Shown here piece after piece: positions 11,112 through 23,934 of a stretch of 64,000 nucleotides of DNA; the first letter of the stretch is position 1; each line of letters starts with the position of its first letter. Both the position numbers and the translations under genes were made by a program. The notes beneath the pieces were generated by a model. It worked only from the letters and a program-made list of their open reading frames with translations. It was not told the origin of the DNA and did not search any database. Source of the stretch: Leptogorgia sarmentosa (taxonomy: Eukaryota); the NCBI GenBank assembly GCA_964658305.1, contig OZ210885.1, positions 25,482,001 through 25,546,000 on the forward strand, in the 5' to 3' direction.

Positions 11112-14096
11112 CACAGTAAATTAAAAAGGGCCAAAAGTTTGACCTTGAGACGGCCCCTATTAAATGGGGCCATTTTGGCCCCCGAAGAGTAGGGCCGATT
11201 TTGGCCCGATTTTTTTAGCCATTTCGGCCCCTAATCAGGGCCAAAATAAACCCAAGCAGTAGGGCCAATTTGGCCCCATTTAAGCTAAATTGGCCCTGTT
11301 TATTAATTTTGGCCCCTGGCTAGAAGGGCCCATTTGGCCCCCATTGTTAGCTGAATGGGCCATGTTTATGGAATTTGGCCCCATGTACGTAGGGCCACTT
11401 TGCCCCCCAAATGGCCTGATTTATCATTTATGACCAAATTCACCCTTTGTTAAGGAGCAAATGCTTAACAACAAGCAACTTGGCTATAGAGAGTCATATA
11501 ATATTATGTGAATGAAATGTTATTAAAAAATAAATATTATGTTTGGTAGGAAAACATTTATTATACTGCATAAAAGATATATACAATCACATATAATATT
11601 TACTATACGAGGTAAATAAATAGGCCTGAATCTTATAATCACTCAGTTATCAAAAATCAATTTATAAAATAGGCATTTTAAAAAGTAAAGTACGGTACTT
11701 AAGTAATACAGTATGAGTTCGATTCAATCTTGAGATTTAAGCATATAGTTATGGCTATCTTTTCCTCCATAATTATGGGTGACATTGTCAATCGAAAGGC
11801 TGTTGTTGTCCCAATAGCAAGATAAAGGCTGAAATAAAGAAAATATTATTGGATTAATCAATAAAGAAATGCAATGTATGCATGATTTATCATTTGGTGG
11901 TTTGAAGTGTACCCTACAACTTGAAATATTTAGCAACCTATAGCATCTTTAGCTAAGAATTACTTTTCATGACCTCCTGACTTAAGACATCTAACATAAC
12001 TACATGATTTGTTGGGTTGACAATCTATACGAAAAAAAATGTCTGAGTGACATGCCATTTATCACGTATAATTCAAATATTCAATGGATTTTCACCCGCC
12101 ATGCTCAAGGACAAAGTAAACAATCATACACACAAGATTATTTCGCTATATAATTGCCAATAACGAATCAAATAGCCAGGATTCCAATAACGAATCAAAT
12201 AGCCACGATTTTTACCTGTGGGATGTTAATAACATATTCAAGACATTCCAATGCTTCTTTCATCGTTTTGGTTGAAAAATTTGAAGAAAAATGTCCCTTA
12301 AAGCAGCAGTAACACATGTAAACTTCGACACAAAATTTGAAACGACGCTATACCGTGAAGCTTTGCGTTCCTGGAAGATGAACTGGGTACCAGTTCTTAT
12401 ACGCATCAATGACGCGCGAACTCCTTCACAAGCGTTCTTTGAATCATACTGTGCTACACATGAACTTTTCACGAAACGAATCAACAGTCGGGAAAGATCA
12501 TTGATCCAGATTTTAACTAATCAAAAACCGCATCATAAAAATCAATTACAAATATTGCAAAGTTTGGTTGTAAAAAGCATATATAGCAGTTTTTATTTAT
12601 AGGCCTGTCTTTCTTAGGCATAAGTGACGCATAGAAGATCTGATCTCGCAATTTGCTTTCACATATAACTTAATGTCACATGTGGAATATGGATTTCACA
12701 TAATATTGATAGTAATTTGACAGCATAGCCAAATCAGCTCTAAAGGGTAGGCCAAAACGGCTCCGAAATTGCCAAAATAGCCCCTATGTGCTGATTTGGC
12801 CCTTCGTTGGGGCCAAATTATGACGACTAGAATTTAACATAAAAACCGATTCAAGTATATAAAAAAATTCAACCCATTATGGCTTAGTGATGTAGCCAAA
12901 TCAGCTCTAACGATTAGGCCAAAACGGCCCAAAGTTGCCAAAGTAACCCCTTCGTTGAGGCCAAATTATGACCACAATATAACATAGAAACCGATTCAAG
13001 TATATACAAAAATTCAACCCACATTGTTATTTTAGGGGAGTTATTTTAACACCCCTTTAGTGGAGTTAAATTCCGTAACCCCAAATGGTGTTAAAATAAC
13101 TCTCTTTTTGGTGTTATAATATTTTGGCATATAATTATCATGAAAATATCATGGCATATAATTATCATATCTTTACTCCCTTTAGGGGGGTTTGCCGAAG
13201 TAACTCTTTTTCTGGAGTTAAAATAACTCTGTTTGTGGTGTTAAACTGAGTAACGCTTCTTTTGGAGTTAAAATGCAACTGCATTCTGGATTCTGGAATG
13301 AGACAAACTCAATTTAACGAGAAAAAACAGTTAAAATCAATTTGGAATTGGTCCTGTTAGTGAGAAAGGACAAAAAAGAAACTTGGTCTTTTGCCTTCTG
13401 TTTCTTCCCTTTTTTTGTAATTGTACTGGTCAGAATACTCAATAAATTATATGGGAAATGATGTATTGACAGTAAAAACTCGAAACGAATGATAATTATG
13501 CTAATTAGTCATACAGGATAACCAAAGGATAACTTTAAGCCAATAAGGATGCGCGATTACAGATAGTAGTGCTTTCGCAGACGTCCGCCTTAGAGAAATG
13601 ATCCGAGTCTGTTTTTCAGTTTTGAAATTTGAAAAGCAAATGTCGTTTTGACAACATTTTGAAAGAAATTTTTGATAAAGTCTTGACAAAGAAAGGAGAC
13701 ATAGATCCAATTGTTTTGGATTTACACATTTTTTTGGCCAGTAAGTGTTTGTACATCCCAATTTATTCGAGTTTTATGTGCATTTGTGCAACAATAAAGC
13801 GATATTTACATGCACAAAACAGACATTCAAAAACTCAGTAGCGAATTTTGACTTCAGAATGAGGTGGCTCACTTCATATCAAGACTGGGGTCATTCTTAA
13901 CTGGTTCTTATTAATTATTTTCGTTCGAAGATGATTACTAAGCCTTCAATCAAGATTGAAGACATGTCCCATTAATGATCGAAGGTGAGTTATGTTGTAT
14001 GTTGATTTCTGTTCTGATAAAATGAATTCATGGATGAAAGACGTGTTAAGACAGTGGTTTACAACCCACTGGTTATTTGTTGCTGGGTTTTACTGT
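11112..14096. mobile_element. Remnants of CACAG-type CACTA/EnSpm non-autonomous element(s)
   Basis: CACAGTAAA at 11112 is followed by dense GGGCC-N4-TTGGCCC subterminal repeats (11125-11420). More GCCAAA and TAACTC repeat blocks lie at 12720-13270. Possible end TTTTACTGT near 14096. Confidence 0.45.
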
Positions 14097-14533
14097 AAAG
14101 TAAATCTCTGCTGTGAAAATTAAGTGAATTTAGCACACTGTGTTCCATCATAAAGCCATATTTATACTGCTATATCTTTTGTATTTAGAAACTGTTCCTG
14201 TCAAGCTATTTTGAAAGACAATGGCCTTTGAAGGACAAATGGCTGATTTTGAAGGACAAAGTGTAGGTAAATCCATATTATTATTTGTTAAAAATTAACA
14301 GGTTCCACTACAGTACAAGGTCAAGGGACTTGAACACCAAACATAAACCATATGAACTGCTTTATGGCAATACTTTGGCCTAATTTTAAAGAATCATTGT
14401 CAACCAAAATGCATTGCGCGCTCATGTTGTTTACACATTAATTCGAGAACTGTGATCGATAATTAATTCGCGTGGTATTATAAATAGTTCGCTGTCTAAT
14501 GTAGCATTTGAAAGCCTTCGCAAACATGGAGAA

Positions 14534-15861
14534 ATGTCTGATTCCGAGTCAGATTCAGATTTAAATGTTTCTTGCTACGATCCAGAAGATAATTTAAATA
14601 TCTACGGCTCGCCAATCTATACAGAACAAGCCGAGAATGTGGATGAGGAACAGCCCGGACCGTCTAATGTTCTTGTTGATCAACCGAACAGACGAACTGA
14701 AGTAAGTTTTGATTGCGTTAAAAAATCTGCTTGTATAGTATATTGTTGTAAGATATTCAATTATTGTTTTACTATATAGTTCTGTAACTGCAAGAACACA
14801 TGCAGCAAAGGCAGTGGGAGAAAGAAACGTGGTTGTCCTTGCCGAGATGAAGGTTTGCGTTGTGCCGACGCGTGCACTTGTGGCACTAAGAAGGCAAGCT
14901 GCAAAAATAAGGGAACTACAAGCGGTCAGGCTGATCCTCAGAGCACCGACGCTGGCCGAAAAGGCCTTTGAACGCCACCAGATCGCCGTAGAAAAAGCAA
15001 AACAGGAAATTACGGTTAGCACGTTTCAAATATATGTTACATTGTGGTATATATGGTAATATTTTATTGCCAAAATAACCTTTGACATTTCTAAAAATGT
15101 CTACTTGTTGTATATATGGGCGCTTTCTCGGTATATGCGCAACATTACAAATCTAGGTGCAACTCGTGTATATGTTATTTGTGTTCAGACACAACTAAGT
15201 CTAGTTTTGAAATTGGGGGCTGGTGTCAATTGGGACTGAGGAATTCCTTGCCTCAGTCACACTTGTGCCTTTGTTTGTTATAAATAATTTATATATAGTA
15301 CATGTCAGCTCATATATTGAGAAAGTGTCTAAAAATGTTACAAAGTTACCTACATGTGAAATATTTTTGTACTGATAGGAATTCATTGGCACACTAGATG
15401 AAGGACAAAAGGACAGAGTTCTCCTAGAACTACTTTCAAATGGAAAAGGAAGTTTAGACTATGCAAAAAACATAGTGGAATTTGGTGGTGCTGTTCCTTT
15501 CTTACCTCAGACGAAGCCAGACTGGTGCACATGTGGTGTTTGCAGGCCGATGCCTACTGAAGAGGAAAATAAATGTTGCAAGAAAATCAAGTGTGTCACA
15601 TCATTTGTGACTTTTCAGAATACTTGTACTGACCGAGATGTTCTGGTTATGGCAATCAGAGCAAGGTGTGACATTCGAGCTGAAGAACCGGATTATTCAA
15701 CAAACAGTTTTAGAAAAGCTGCTTATCGGCAATACATCTTGTGGAGATACAAGAAATTAGGAAGGGGAAATAGAAGGGTGTGCCCTTCTTGTGTGGTGCT
15801 AGCTATAAGACAATTGCACCCTGCACAGGATGGAATATATATGGGATTTAAAAGAGCATGA
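14534..15861 (+). pseudogene. KolX (P2X7 C-terminal ballast-like Zn domain) with N-terminal CRC-like Cys domain; 3 exons, one frameshift
   Basis: Exons 14534-14701, 14780-15014 and 15379-15861 (GT-AG). Exon 2: CNCKNTCSK..GCPCRDEGLRCADACTCG..CKNK. Exon 3: WCTCGVCRPMPTEEENKCC..FRKAAYRQYILW..LGRGNRRVCPSCVV. Frameshift near 14960. Confidence 0.85.
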
Positions 15862-16457
15862 ATATGGAACACTAAAGCGCGTTATGTACATCGGTTTCAT
15901 TTCTACCATATTCTCTCTATTAACCCCCCCCCATTTTTTAGACACATTTGAGTGGGGCTTATTCGAGAATGGGGACTTATCTTTATTCAAAAATATATAT
16001 GTTTTAGGTTGTTGATGACATGTAATAAAAAGCTCATCATCTTACTCTTCTGAAAAATGAAAATATATTTGTAGAAATCTGTTTCATGAAAAATACATTT
16101 TAAGGGGGAGGGGGTCACTTAAAATAGGGGCTTATGGGGATTATTTGAGGGGGTTAATAGAGAATATATATGGTAATCATCTTCCACATCATCACTGGTT
16201 AGGCTTGGAAACATTTGAAAACCTGGAAAGTGATTTTTGTACCAGATCACTAGTTTTCGGTATTGGTTTCATTGCAATTGATGGTGCAATTTTTTTGGGA
16301 TGATCACCGGGCATCTCAGTTGGTCTTAAAATTGTGGTTTCATCTGTCACTCTCTTTCTCATTATGCGAGATACAAGACTGGGCCAAAAATCATATTTCT
16401 TATCTTCTTTGACCACTTGGACTCTCCAGTTTTTTGACCTTTTACTGTACACCTTAC

Positions 16458-16543
16458 GACCATGTAAAAATAACATTCATACACCCAATAATTAACACAC
16501 AATGCCAAGCCAAAGTTGGAATACCTTTTTTTGAGGCACCCTG
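16458..16543. mobile_element. Single-arm fragment of the CAGGGTGTCTCAAAAAAAAGG MITE
   Basis: Matches the terminal ~85 bp of the MITEs at 32900 and 37929. Ends CACCCTG-TA. Confidence 0.75.
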
Positions 16544-19098
16544 TAGATCATACAGTACAGGTACTGTAGAATAAAATAGTACCGAAACACATTAGAAAAA
16601 AGACATACAGTGTAACAAAGATATTTACCTGAATGTCACATACTGATCCAATGACTTCAAAAACTTTGGATCTGTAACAACTTTCCTGATTGCATTAAGG
16701 GCTTTAGAGTTCTTGTTCAGAATGGGCTTTTCCTTTTCTGTTTCCACCAAAGAGCCATGGTTACATTCGCCATCTGCCCATTCATGCTCCCCAGCCACAT
16801 GATGCAAGACACCAAACCAATTGTCCTAAAAAAAGTCAGAAAATTATTTCATGGACAGTGATGGATAGGTAGGTATCTGTATATGGTACTGAAAACATTC
16901 AGCAAAAAAGTTAGTTAGGCAAAAACCAATATTTTACATTTTCATGTTTATGTATCAGTATAATTCAATGTCATTACTCGTGCCAGGCATCGGGCCACAG
17001 CACGAGGTTTAAAATGCCCTCGTTGGAATATAAAATTACTTCCCATGGCCAGCATGTACAACTCAGGCATTCATCCTACAAATTTCGACATTTAAATACT
17101 ACCTTTAGCACTTCTGCATCACCATTACAATGTTCTGCTATATGCCAAAAGTGGTTTCTGATTGGTTCTGACCATTCAGTAACTGCTTCACATCCTTTCA
17201 CTTTGGCTGCCTAAAAAACAGAAAAGTCAGAAAAGCATACACACTATGCATAATGTCTGGTTCACAATCATGCTCATGGTTCAAATGAGTTGCATAAATA
17301 TTTAAATTTGTTTTAAATTTAATTATTTTTTTGCAAATTTTGTGCTCTCTTTCAAGTCAGCTGATATAACCTCACCAACATTTTGGAGAGCAATATTCGT
17401 GGAAAGTCACTGAATGGTGGACTGGTGACAAATTCTACCTACCGACCTTGTTCTGATGTGACTATTTCTCCAGGCCCCGAGCCATTATGTGTAGCATGTA
17501 TACAGTATAACAGTATTTAATAATTACTGGATAGGATTGAGCTCAATAATGAGATACTGGTATTTAAAAGCAGCAAAGGATTTACTCCCAATGAAATGCC
17601 TTCTCTCAAAACGTTGAATCTTATGTATCGTTTGGGTAATGAGTAAATCCCTTGCTGCTTTTTGATGTTGTGATCTGTTACCTACACTGACCACATTTGC
17701 AGTTTTATACCGGTATTTCAACATTAGTAGAAACAATTAGTATGAATGATATAAGAGAAATAACATGGCAATTACCTTTGCAAGCTTTTTGGTCAACTTT
17801 ATCGTCTTATGCCAAATGTCCAAGGCATTGAAAAGGTGCGAAAAGTGATCTGGATACTTTTCTATAAAAAAATAACATATTTGAGTGTCTCTTCAAAACT
17901 GCTTGGGTCGCTAAAGGTTCCTTCAGTAAATGTCCATGAACTAAAAAGAACACAGGCTTGAGTAATTTTGCAAAAAAATAACATACATTTATATATTTAC
18001 CTTTCATTTTTCTTACTAATGCCATAATTGCAGTGGATGCATCAGTGACAACTTCATTGACCACCAAGTTTCAAACAATTCTCTCAAGAAGCCTTTTCAA
18101 ACCAGTAACTTCCATATTTGTTGATACTCCACCTGTTTCTCTTTTGTCGATCACCTCTATATCAACTATGACATCTAAGAACTGCTCCATTAGAACATAG
18201 GTACCATATTTAGCAGAAAATCCAGGAGAATCACTTCTGCCATCCCCACATAGGATCAAAGTTTCATCCTTTAGGACGGCCCAAATTTCTTTCTTCATTT
18301 CTTCCCAGAGAGATGACACTTCAGGCACAACATAGTTCCTTTGGATTCTGTAGAATGTTGATGCAGATAAAAAACCAGTTCCAAGAAACTGAAAAAATGT
18401 CCTTATCTTTTCAAAGTTATTGCCGGTAACTAATACTGCTGCAGCCATAAGTATCGTATTTACAAACACCTTCTGTCCCCTCTTCTCACATAGTATCTGT
18501 GATGACGTCCAGTCATCAGAATGTCCATTCTCACATGTCCACATAACATGCAAAACACCACCTTTGATGTGCCAACTTTTAGCCTCTGCCTTTGCAGAGC
18601 ATGTTTTGATCTGACACTTTTGAAACACGTTCAAAACAATGTCTACATCAACGACAACCCGATCTTTGTTGAAATATTTTTCATACTCATCACTCTGCTT
18701 GCCAACAGTGTTTATTTCATCAATCCTCTCCTTCAGATTTGCTGTTATTCTTTTTTTCCATTCTTCTCTTGTTTCTGGGCCATATTGTTGTTCAACCACA
18801 ACTTCAATGCTACCACAATCACCTGTGTAGCTGATTTCCATGTCTTCTTCTCCTTGTGTAGGACTTAAAGTAGCTTCAGAAGCACTTAAAGTAGCTTCAT
18901 CATCATATTCAGAAGTTGGATCACTGCAATAAAAACAGACATCAAAATTATTTTCTGATTTTTTTGAAATAATTTTATTATACCAAGTGTTAGCAAAAAT
19001 AGCCTAACCCAGGTCAATGGTAAAAAATATCTTAACCCAGGTCACCCTATCTATTTGATAGGGTAACCTTACCCTTAGGGTAACCCTAGCCTGCATGT

Positions 19099-19161
19099 AA
19101 ACATGCACTATAAAACATGCACTATAAAACATGCACTATAAAACATGCACTATAAAACATG
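19099..19161. repeat. 14-bp tandem repeat TAAAACATGCACTA, about 4 copies
   Basis: Direct reading. Lies within a GGGTAACCC-rich Harbinger-like MITE remnant ending CATGTAAACAGGCCC-TTA near 19232. Confidence 0.85.
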
Positions 19162-19245
19162 TATTAGAATAGAGTGACCCACACGCTAGGGTAACCCTGC
19201 TGATAGGGTCTCTCTTTCATGTAAACAGGCCCTTAAATTGCTTAA

Positions 19246-19679
19246 GGGGCTGTTTACGTGACCCCTAAAGGGAGGGCTAGCCCTACTAGTCGAGATCCTG
19301 CATGCTATTTGACATCCCTATTAAAGAAATTTCTATAAACACAACAAGGGGGGCAGGCCCTCCTACTGTAGGTAGCTGAGTTAAAAAGCCACCGTATCCG
19401 AGTCAAACTCACTTTTTCAAGTTTGTTTCGATTAAAATATTTAGCCTATGTCATTATTCAATTGTTAGCTGGTTAAGGTTAAAAAATTTGCTCAGCAAAA
19501 TATCATTTTCGACTGTATACTAAAATAAATGAGTTGAGGGAAGCCACCTACAGTAAGTGTTGTTTATCGAAGCAAGCAAGCCCTAGCAAGAGGGCTGATT
19601 TTTGTCATGTAAACAAGGGGTGAACACCAGCCCTACTGGTAGGGCTAGCTCTCCCTGTAGGGCTCATGTAAACAGCCCC
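19246..19679. mobile_element. Harbinger/Tourist-like MITE in a transposase intron, with a nested small TA-flanked MITE (19366-19553)
   Basis: GGGGCTGTTTAC ... GTAAACAGCCCC with TAA/TTA flanks. Inner element TA-CTGTAGGT..ACCTACAG-TA. Confidence 0.75.
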
Positions 19680-21229
19680 TTATTTTAATGGATAAATATA
19701 ATTTGAAATCTACTGTAAATAAATCTACTGCAGCTTTTATTCATTTATTTCATTACCAGCTAAAAGAACTTACTCTTGTTCCATATCATTATCCAATTCA
19801 CTTGGAGCTTCCATTGTGGATGTTTCACTTGAGAAAGAACTAAATATAAAAACTACATCAATACATAATTATATAAACAAAGTCGGGTATATGTGGAGCA
19901 TCATCCCACCAACGAGACTTACTGTATGAGGTATGAGAAAGGGAAAAAGAACAAATCAGCTTCCAAAAACATTTTAGAAGACAGTTGTACCAGTAACCAG
20001 TCACCTTACAGTATCTAGAAAGACCTGATCAAGAATTAATTTACCTTATTTCATCATACTCTGAATCATCACTGAAACTATCGGATGAAATGTCCCCAGT
20101 ATACACGCCAAATTCTGGATTAAGGGTAACAGACACATTTTCCACCGTGCTCACATTCAGAGTTGAAATGCCAGTAACATCTACAATTCTAAATAAGCAA
20201 ATTTTGCCATGATGGTTTAGAAACTAAAATGAAAGTTCATAGAACAATAGAACATACAGTGCTTTATATTCAGGTGTTTCATAGACTTACTCATCATGAC
20301 TAGAATGCACCCTGTGAGGTTCACCCTCGATTGGAGATTCAGATATGTGAACAAAATCAGGCAAATGTGATCTATTCTGTTTTCTTACAGGCGTTGAATG
20401 ACACGGACCTAAAAGGGGATAGGAACAAAACAACAATATACCTTGTACCTATTCCGGTAGACCTGAAAACGTCTTTGAAAAATATCAGATATAAACTCAC
20501 CAACTGTTGAAGGTGAAGTTTGACCTCTGTGTTCGTCGCTTATACGAAGCAAATACTTCGCAAAATCACTATTGCTCTTCTGAGCAAATCCAAAATCTTT
20601 CTTTTTGGCAATCCACTCATCATATATGTTTGCCTGTAAGCCAATTCGTTTGATAGAAATTCCAAGTTTTGGACGTCCACGCTTTGGCAGGCTATCTCTA
20701 GCCGGTGATGCCATATTTTTCACACAGAAAATCCCAACCGGGACGAAATATGTGATAAATAAACACTAAATAGCGGCTTTCAATGCGTCGTCCAACCAAA
20801 ACAATGCGAAATATTGAATATTCAATAAGGATGTTTAAGATGATCACGGATGACAAAACTTGACTATTTTTTAATGAATTTCTCGGCCAACAAAATGGCT
20901 GCAGACCAATTCACGCGCGCAATGCATTGTGGTTGACAATGATTCTTTAAAACGACATTGAAGATTTATAGTAGCATTTAACTTGCATAAAAATGCACTA
21001 TGACTATAATTAAGATTCTACATTAGTTTTTCACACCAACCAAATGCAACGGAAACAGACGTTACCCGTCACGTCATGTCAATATTGAAATATGCGCCAG
21101 ACAGAAATGGCGGAGGAGGAATATAAAAAAACACACCAATGATGAATGAAGCTGAGTAATAAACGTTTCGATCAGTTCTCTACCTAGTTTGTATTTTAAA
21201 ATGTATACCTTTTAAACAAGGATAGCATA

Positions 21230-21770
21230 AGACGTTGTCTCGACGTATTTCCTTCGTATTTTGATGTAAAGAAATAAACGTTTATCCAATTTGCATTTTC
21301 AACTCTTATTCTACGTCTAATTAAACAACTACTAAATGACCCATTGTACAAACGTTAAGCTAATGACGTCCACTTAACGTTGTGGTCTCAACGTTGTTTC
21401 AATGTCAAGAAAAAAACGTTGATCCAATTTGCATTTCAATCCTCATTCAACGTCTGAAAAAAATATCGAAATAAGACGTTGTCATCAATTTACTAAGGTC
21501 TACTGATGGTTGTTATTTCAACGTTGTTTCAATGTCAAGAGGAAAACGTTGATCCAGTTTGCATTTTCAACTCTTATTCAGCGCCTAAGCAATGTTTAAA
21601 TGAGACGTTGTACAAACGTTAAGCTAATGACGTCCACTTAACGTTGTGGTCTCAACATTGTTTCAATGTCAAGAAAAAAAACGTTGATCCAATTTCCATT
21701 TTCAACTATTATTCTATGTCTAAACAACGTCTTGGGTGACGTTATTTAAATGTTGAATCAACATCATTTT
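21230..21770. repeat. Right subterminal AACGTT-rich repeat array of the CACTA shell
   Basis: Repeated CAACGTTGTTTCAATGTCAAGA..AAACGTTGATCCAATTTGCATTT. Block TTGTACAAACGTTAAGCTAATGACGTCC is duplicated near 21343 and 21608. Confidence 0.85.
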
Positions 21771-21877
21771 GCCCACTGGGTAATGTGCACACGTGGCTGA
21801 TAGCTAAGCATTTTATGTTTATCGCAAACATTGAGTAAAGTGGTAAGCTGATATCTATCTTCGCACTAATTTTCAAA

Positions 21878-22387
21878 ATGGTGGCAAAATTAAACCTCCA
21901 TCGAGTTGCACTGCTTCATATTCTATTAATGCGACGTCGCCGCTGGAGAGCTGCATGCAGAACGACGTGGAGCAAAACCTGGATTCAGAAACATCAGGAA
22001 CAGGGTGTTTTCTGGAATCTACTTCGTGAACTTCGAGATGATGATCCAGAAACCTTTAGACAATACCATCGCTTGGATGTCAGTTCATTTGAGGAGGTAT
22101 TGAGGATGGTTGGGCCATTTATTCATAAGAAAAATACAGTAATGAGAGCAAGTATTTGCCCTGAAGAAAGACTCACAGTTACCTTACGCTTTCTAGCTAC
22201 TGGTATGTAGTGACGTATAATGCATTATAAGTTTAATTAATAATAATTAAAGTTCCTGCAGGTTTTATAAAACTGATAGCAAAATTAAATTCTAGGTGAG
22301 TCATTTAGAAGCCTATCATTCCAATACAGAATGGGTGAGAGGACAGTTTCAGATATCATCAACGAGATAGGTCAAGCAATTTTTGTA
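21878..22387 (+). pseudogene. Harbinger (HARBI1-like) transposase exons 1-2
   Basis: LLRELRDDDPETFRQYHRLD..MRASICPEERLTVTLRFLATG, then an intron, then GESFRSLSFQYRMGERTVSDII. Cut off at 22388. Confidence 0.9.
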
Positions 22388-23700
22388 TCTGCGCAGCAGG
22401 TATATTGCTATCGAGTTGTTAGCTGTTAGTTGTTAACTGTTAGCTTGCAGCCAATCAGCGAATTCGTTAGTTAAATTTAGCCAATAGGCGACAACGTAAC
22501 ATTGAGATGACGTAATTCTCACTGAGCCCACCCGCAAATTTAAGGGAACCAACGTGGAGTTCTTGCGGGCTAAATATTACAAAATGGCGGCTGATATAGG
22601 TGCGAGCTAAAGAGTGGTGATGTGTTTGTCTGTTTGATCGTGGATTTTGTTTGGCATGAATATCCAGATAAAAAGAAATATAATGTTCGCAGCGACGAGT
22701 GACTTCACTGAAATAGAGGTTAATTTATGAGAGTTTGCGCCGTTTAGAACACTATTTATACTAAGGAAATTTATACGCAAAAATATCATGACGCAAATTG
22801 CAGACATTGGCATTGCTTTTAAAGATATTAATTAAAGAGGTTCGCATTCGCGTTTAGATCATCAAAGCAAAAATATCATGATGCAATTTATACAATTGAA
22901 CACAGCGAATATTTAAGGTTATGAAAGAGTTTCTTGACTTTCGTGTCTTGACACAATTGCGCGTATATTTTCCCTACGATACTTTAGCGTGTCGGCGCTG
23001 TCGCACTGACACACTGTACATGTTTGGACTGCCCGCGGTGTCAATGTTATCACGGAATATCTAGTATATTTTGACGCTTCGCCATACGGAATGGTTGAAA
23101 CATTCAATCCCAGGAAAATAGATTTCGTAGCTTGTAATAAAACGGGTTTGTGCGTTTATTAAGCGCGAGACAAAACAAACGAAATCATATATAGTTTCAA
23201 GTATTCTGTTTTGAACCTACGCGCAATGCGCATACCGATCATATACATACACTTTAGCATCTACGCAAATGCGCATGAATGGACGGAATATATTGTATAT
23301 AAATATATTATCATGATACGGTATTGAAAAGGGTAAATTTGGTTTTTAGAGAGCCACATTTTTCACAAAAAATCGCAAAGCGCTGTGTCTATTTTAAAGA
23401 CGCAATAACATAAAATGCTATATCATATGTCGTCAAGTTTGAATTCCTTTTGCAATTTGATATGATTGCAGGAATTCCGGAATGCGAGATAGTTATCAAA
23501 GCTTATAACGTCTCCGCACAACCTCACGTCTTGAAAGGAATTAGTATTTGCGCTATTCGCCTATTCCCTAGCAGGAAACCATTTTATACATGCAAGATCG
23601 CGTATTAGGGACAGATAAGATGCGTGTATCGAAAAGCTGAAAATAAATAAGACTTGATCATCAAGCTACATAGGCGCAGATACATGTCACTTTGTGTACC
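22388..23700 (+). mobile_element. Helitron-like non-coding repeat, 5' part
   Basis: Begins A|TCTGCGCAGCAG exactly where the Harbinger exon breaks. 22780-23040 and 23480-23690 recur inverted at 48295-48845. Classification is tentative. Confidence 0.4.
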
Positions 23701-23934
23701 TATTTTTGAAGCAATGGAAGAACAATTTCTAGAAGTAGGCATAAGTTTTGTATGCTTCTTATATAAATTTTATTTATTATCAAATTTTAAATAACACAAC
23801 ATATAAGTAAATTATGTACATGAGCCCAACGAAGACTCACTAAAGTCATACTCCTTGATTGTTCACAAACTGAAAATAAGGCTGTTGTTGTTGTGGGGTA
23901 TATGGTTGCTGCCTAGGGTATTGTTCTTGTCAAT

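Larger units (their letters stand above)
16192..20714 (-). pseudogene. Kolobok transposase, about 9 exons, no THAP domain; disrupted
   Basis: Approximate exons 20714-20501, 20408-20291, 20188-20045, 19839-19774, 18924-18001, 17862-17776, 17210-17101, 16825-16628 and a terminal piece to 16192. Motifs LCGDGRSDSPGFSAKYGTY, VVTDAS, LDIWHK and HHVAGEHEW..CNH. Frameshift near 18070. Confidence 0.85.
14390..20946 (-). mobile_element. Kolobok DNA transposon 2, both ends intact
   Basis: 32-bp TIR AGAATCATTGTCAACCA(A/C)AATGCATTGCGCGC with one mismatch. TTAA at 14386-14389 and 20947-20950. Two convergent intron-containing genes. Confidence 0.93.
7533..21780. mobile_element. CACTA/EnSpm-type (CCCAG terminus) non-autonomous shell, 14.2 kb including nested inserts
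   Basis: TIR CCCAGTGGGCA at 7533 and TGCCCACTGGG ending at 21780. TA duplicated on both sides. AACGTT-rich subterminal repeat arrays at both ends. Confidence 0.85.

Noticed and set aside
11700..12600. Cys-containing short ORFs, possibly a decayed RING-like gene
   Set aside because: I could not assemble a consistent motif or exon chain.
15379..15861. P2X7 purinoceptor host gene
   Set aside because: No transmembrane or ectodomain sequence, and it lies inside Kolobok TIRs.
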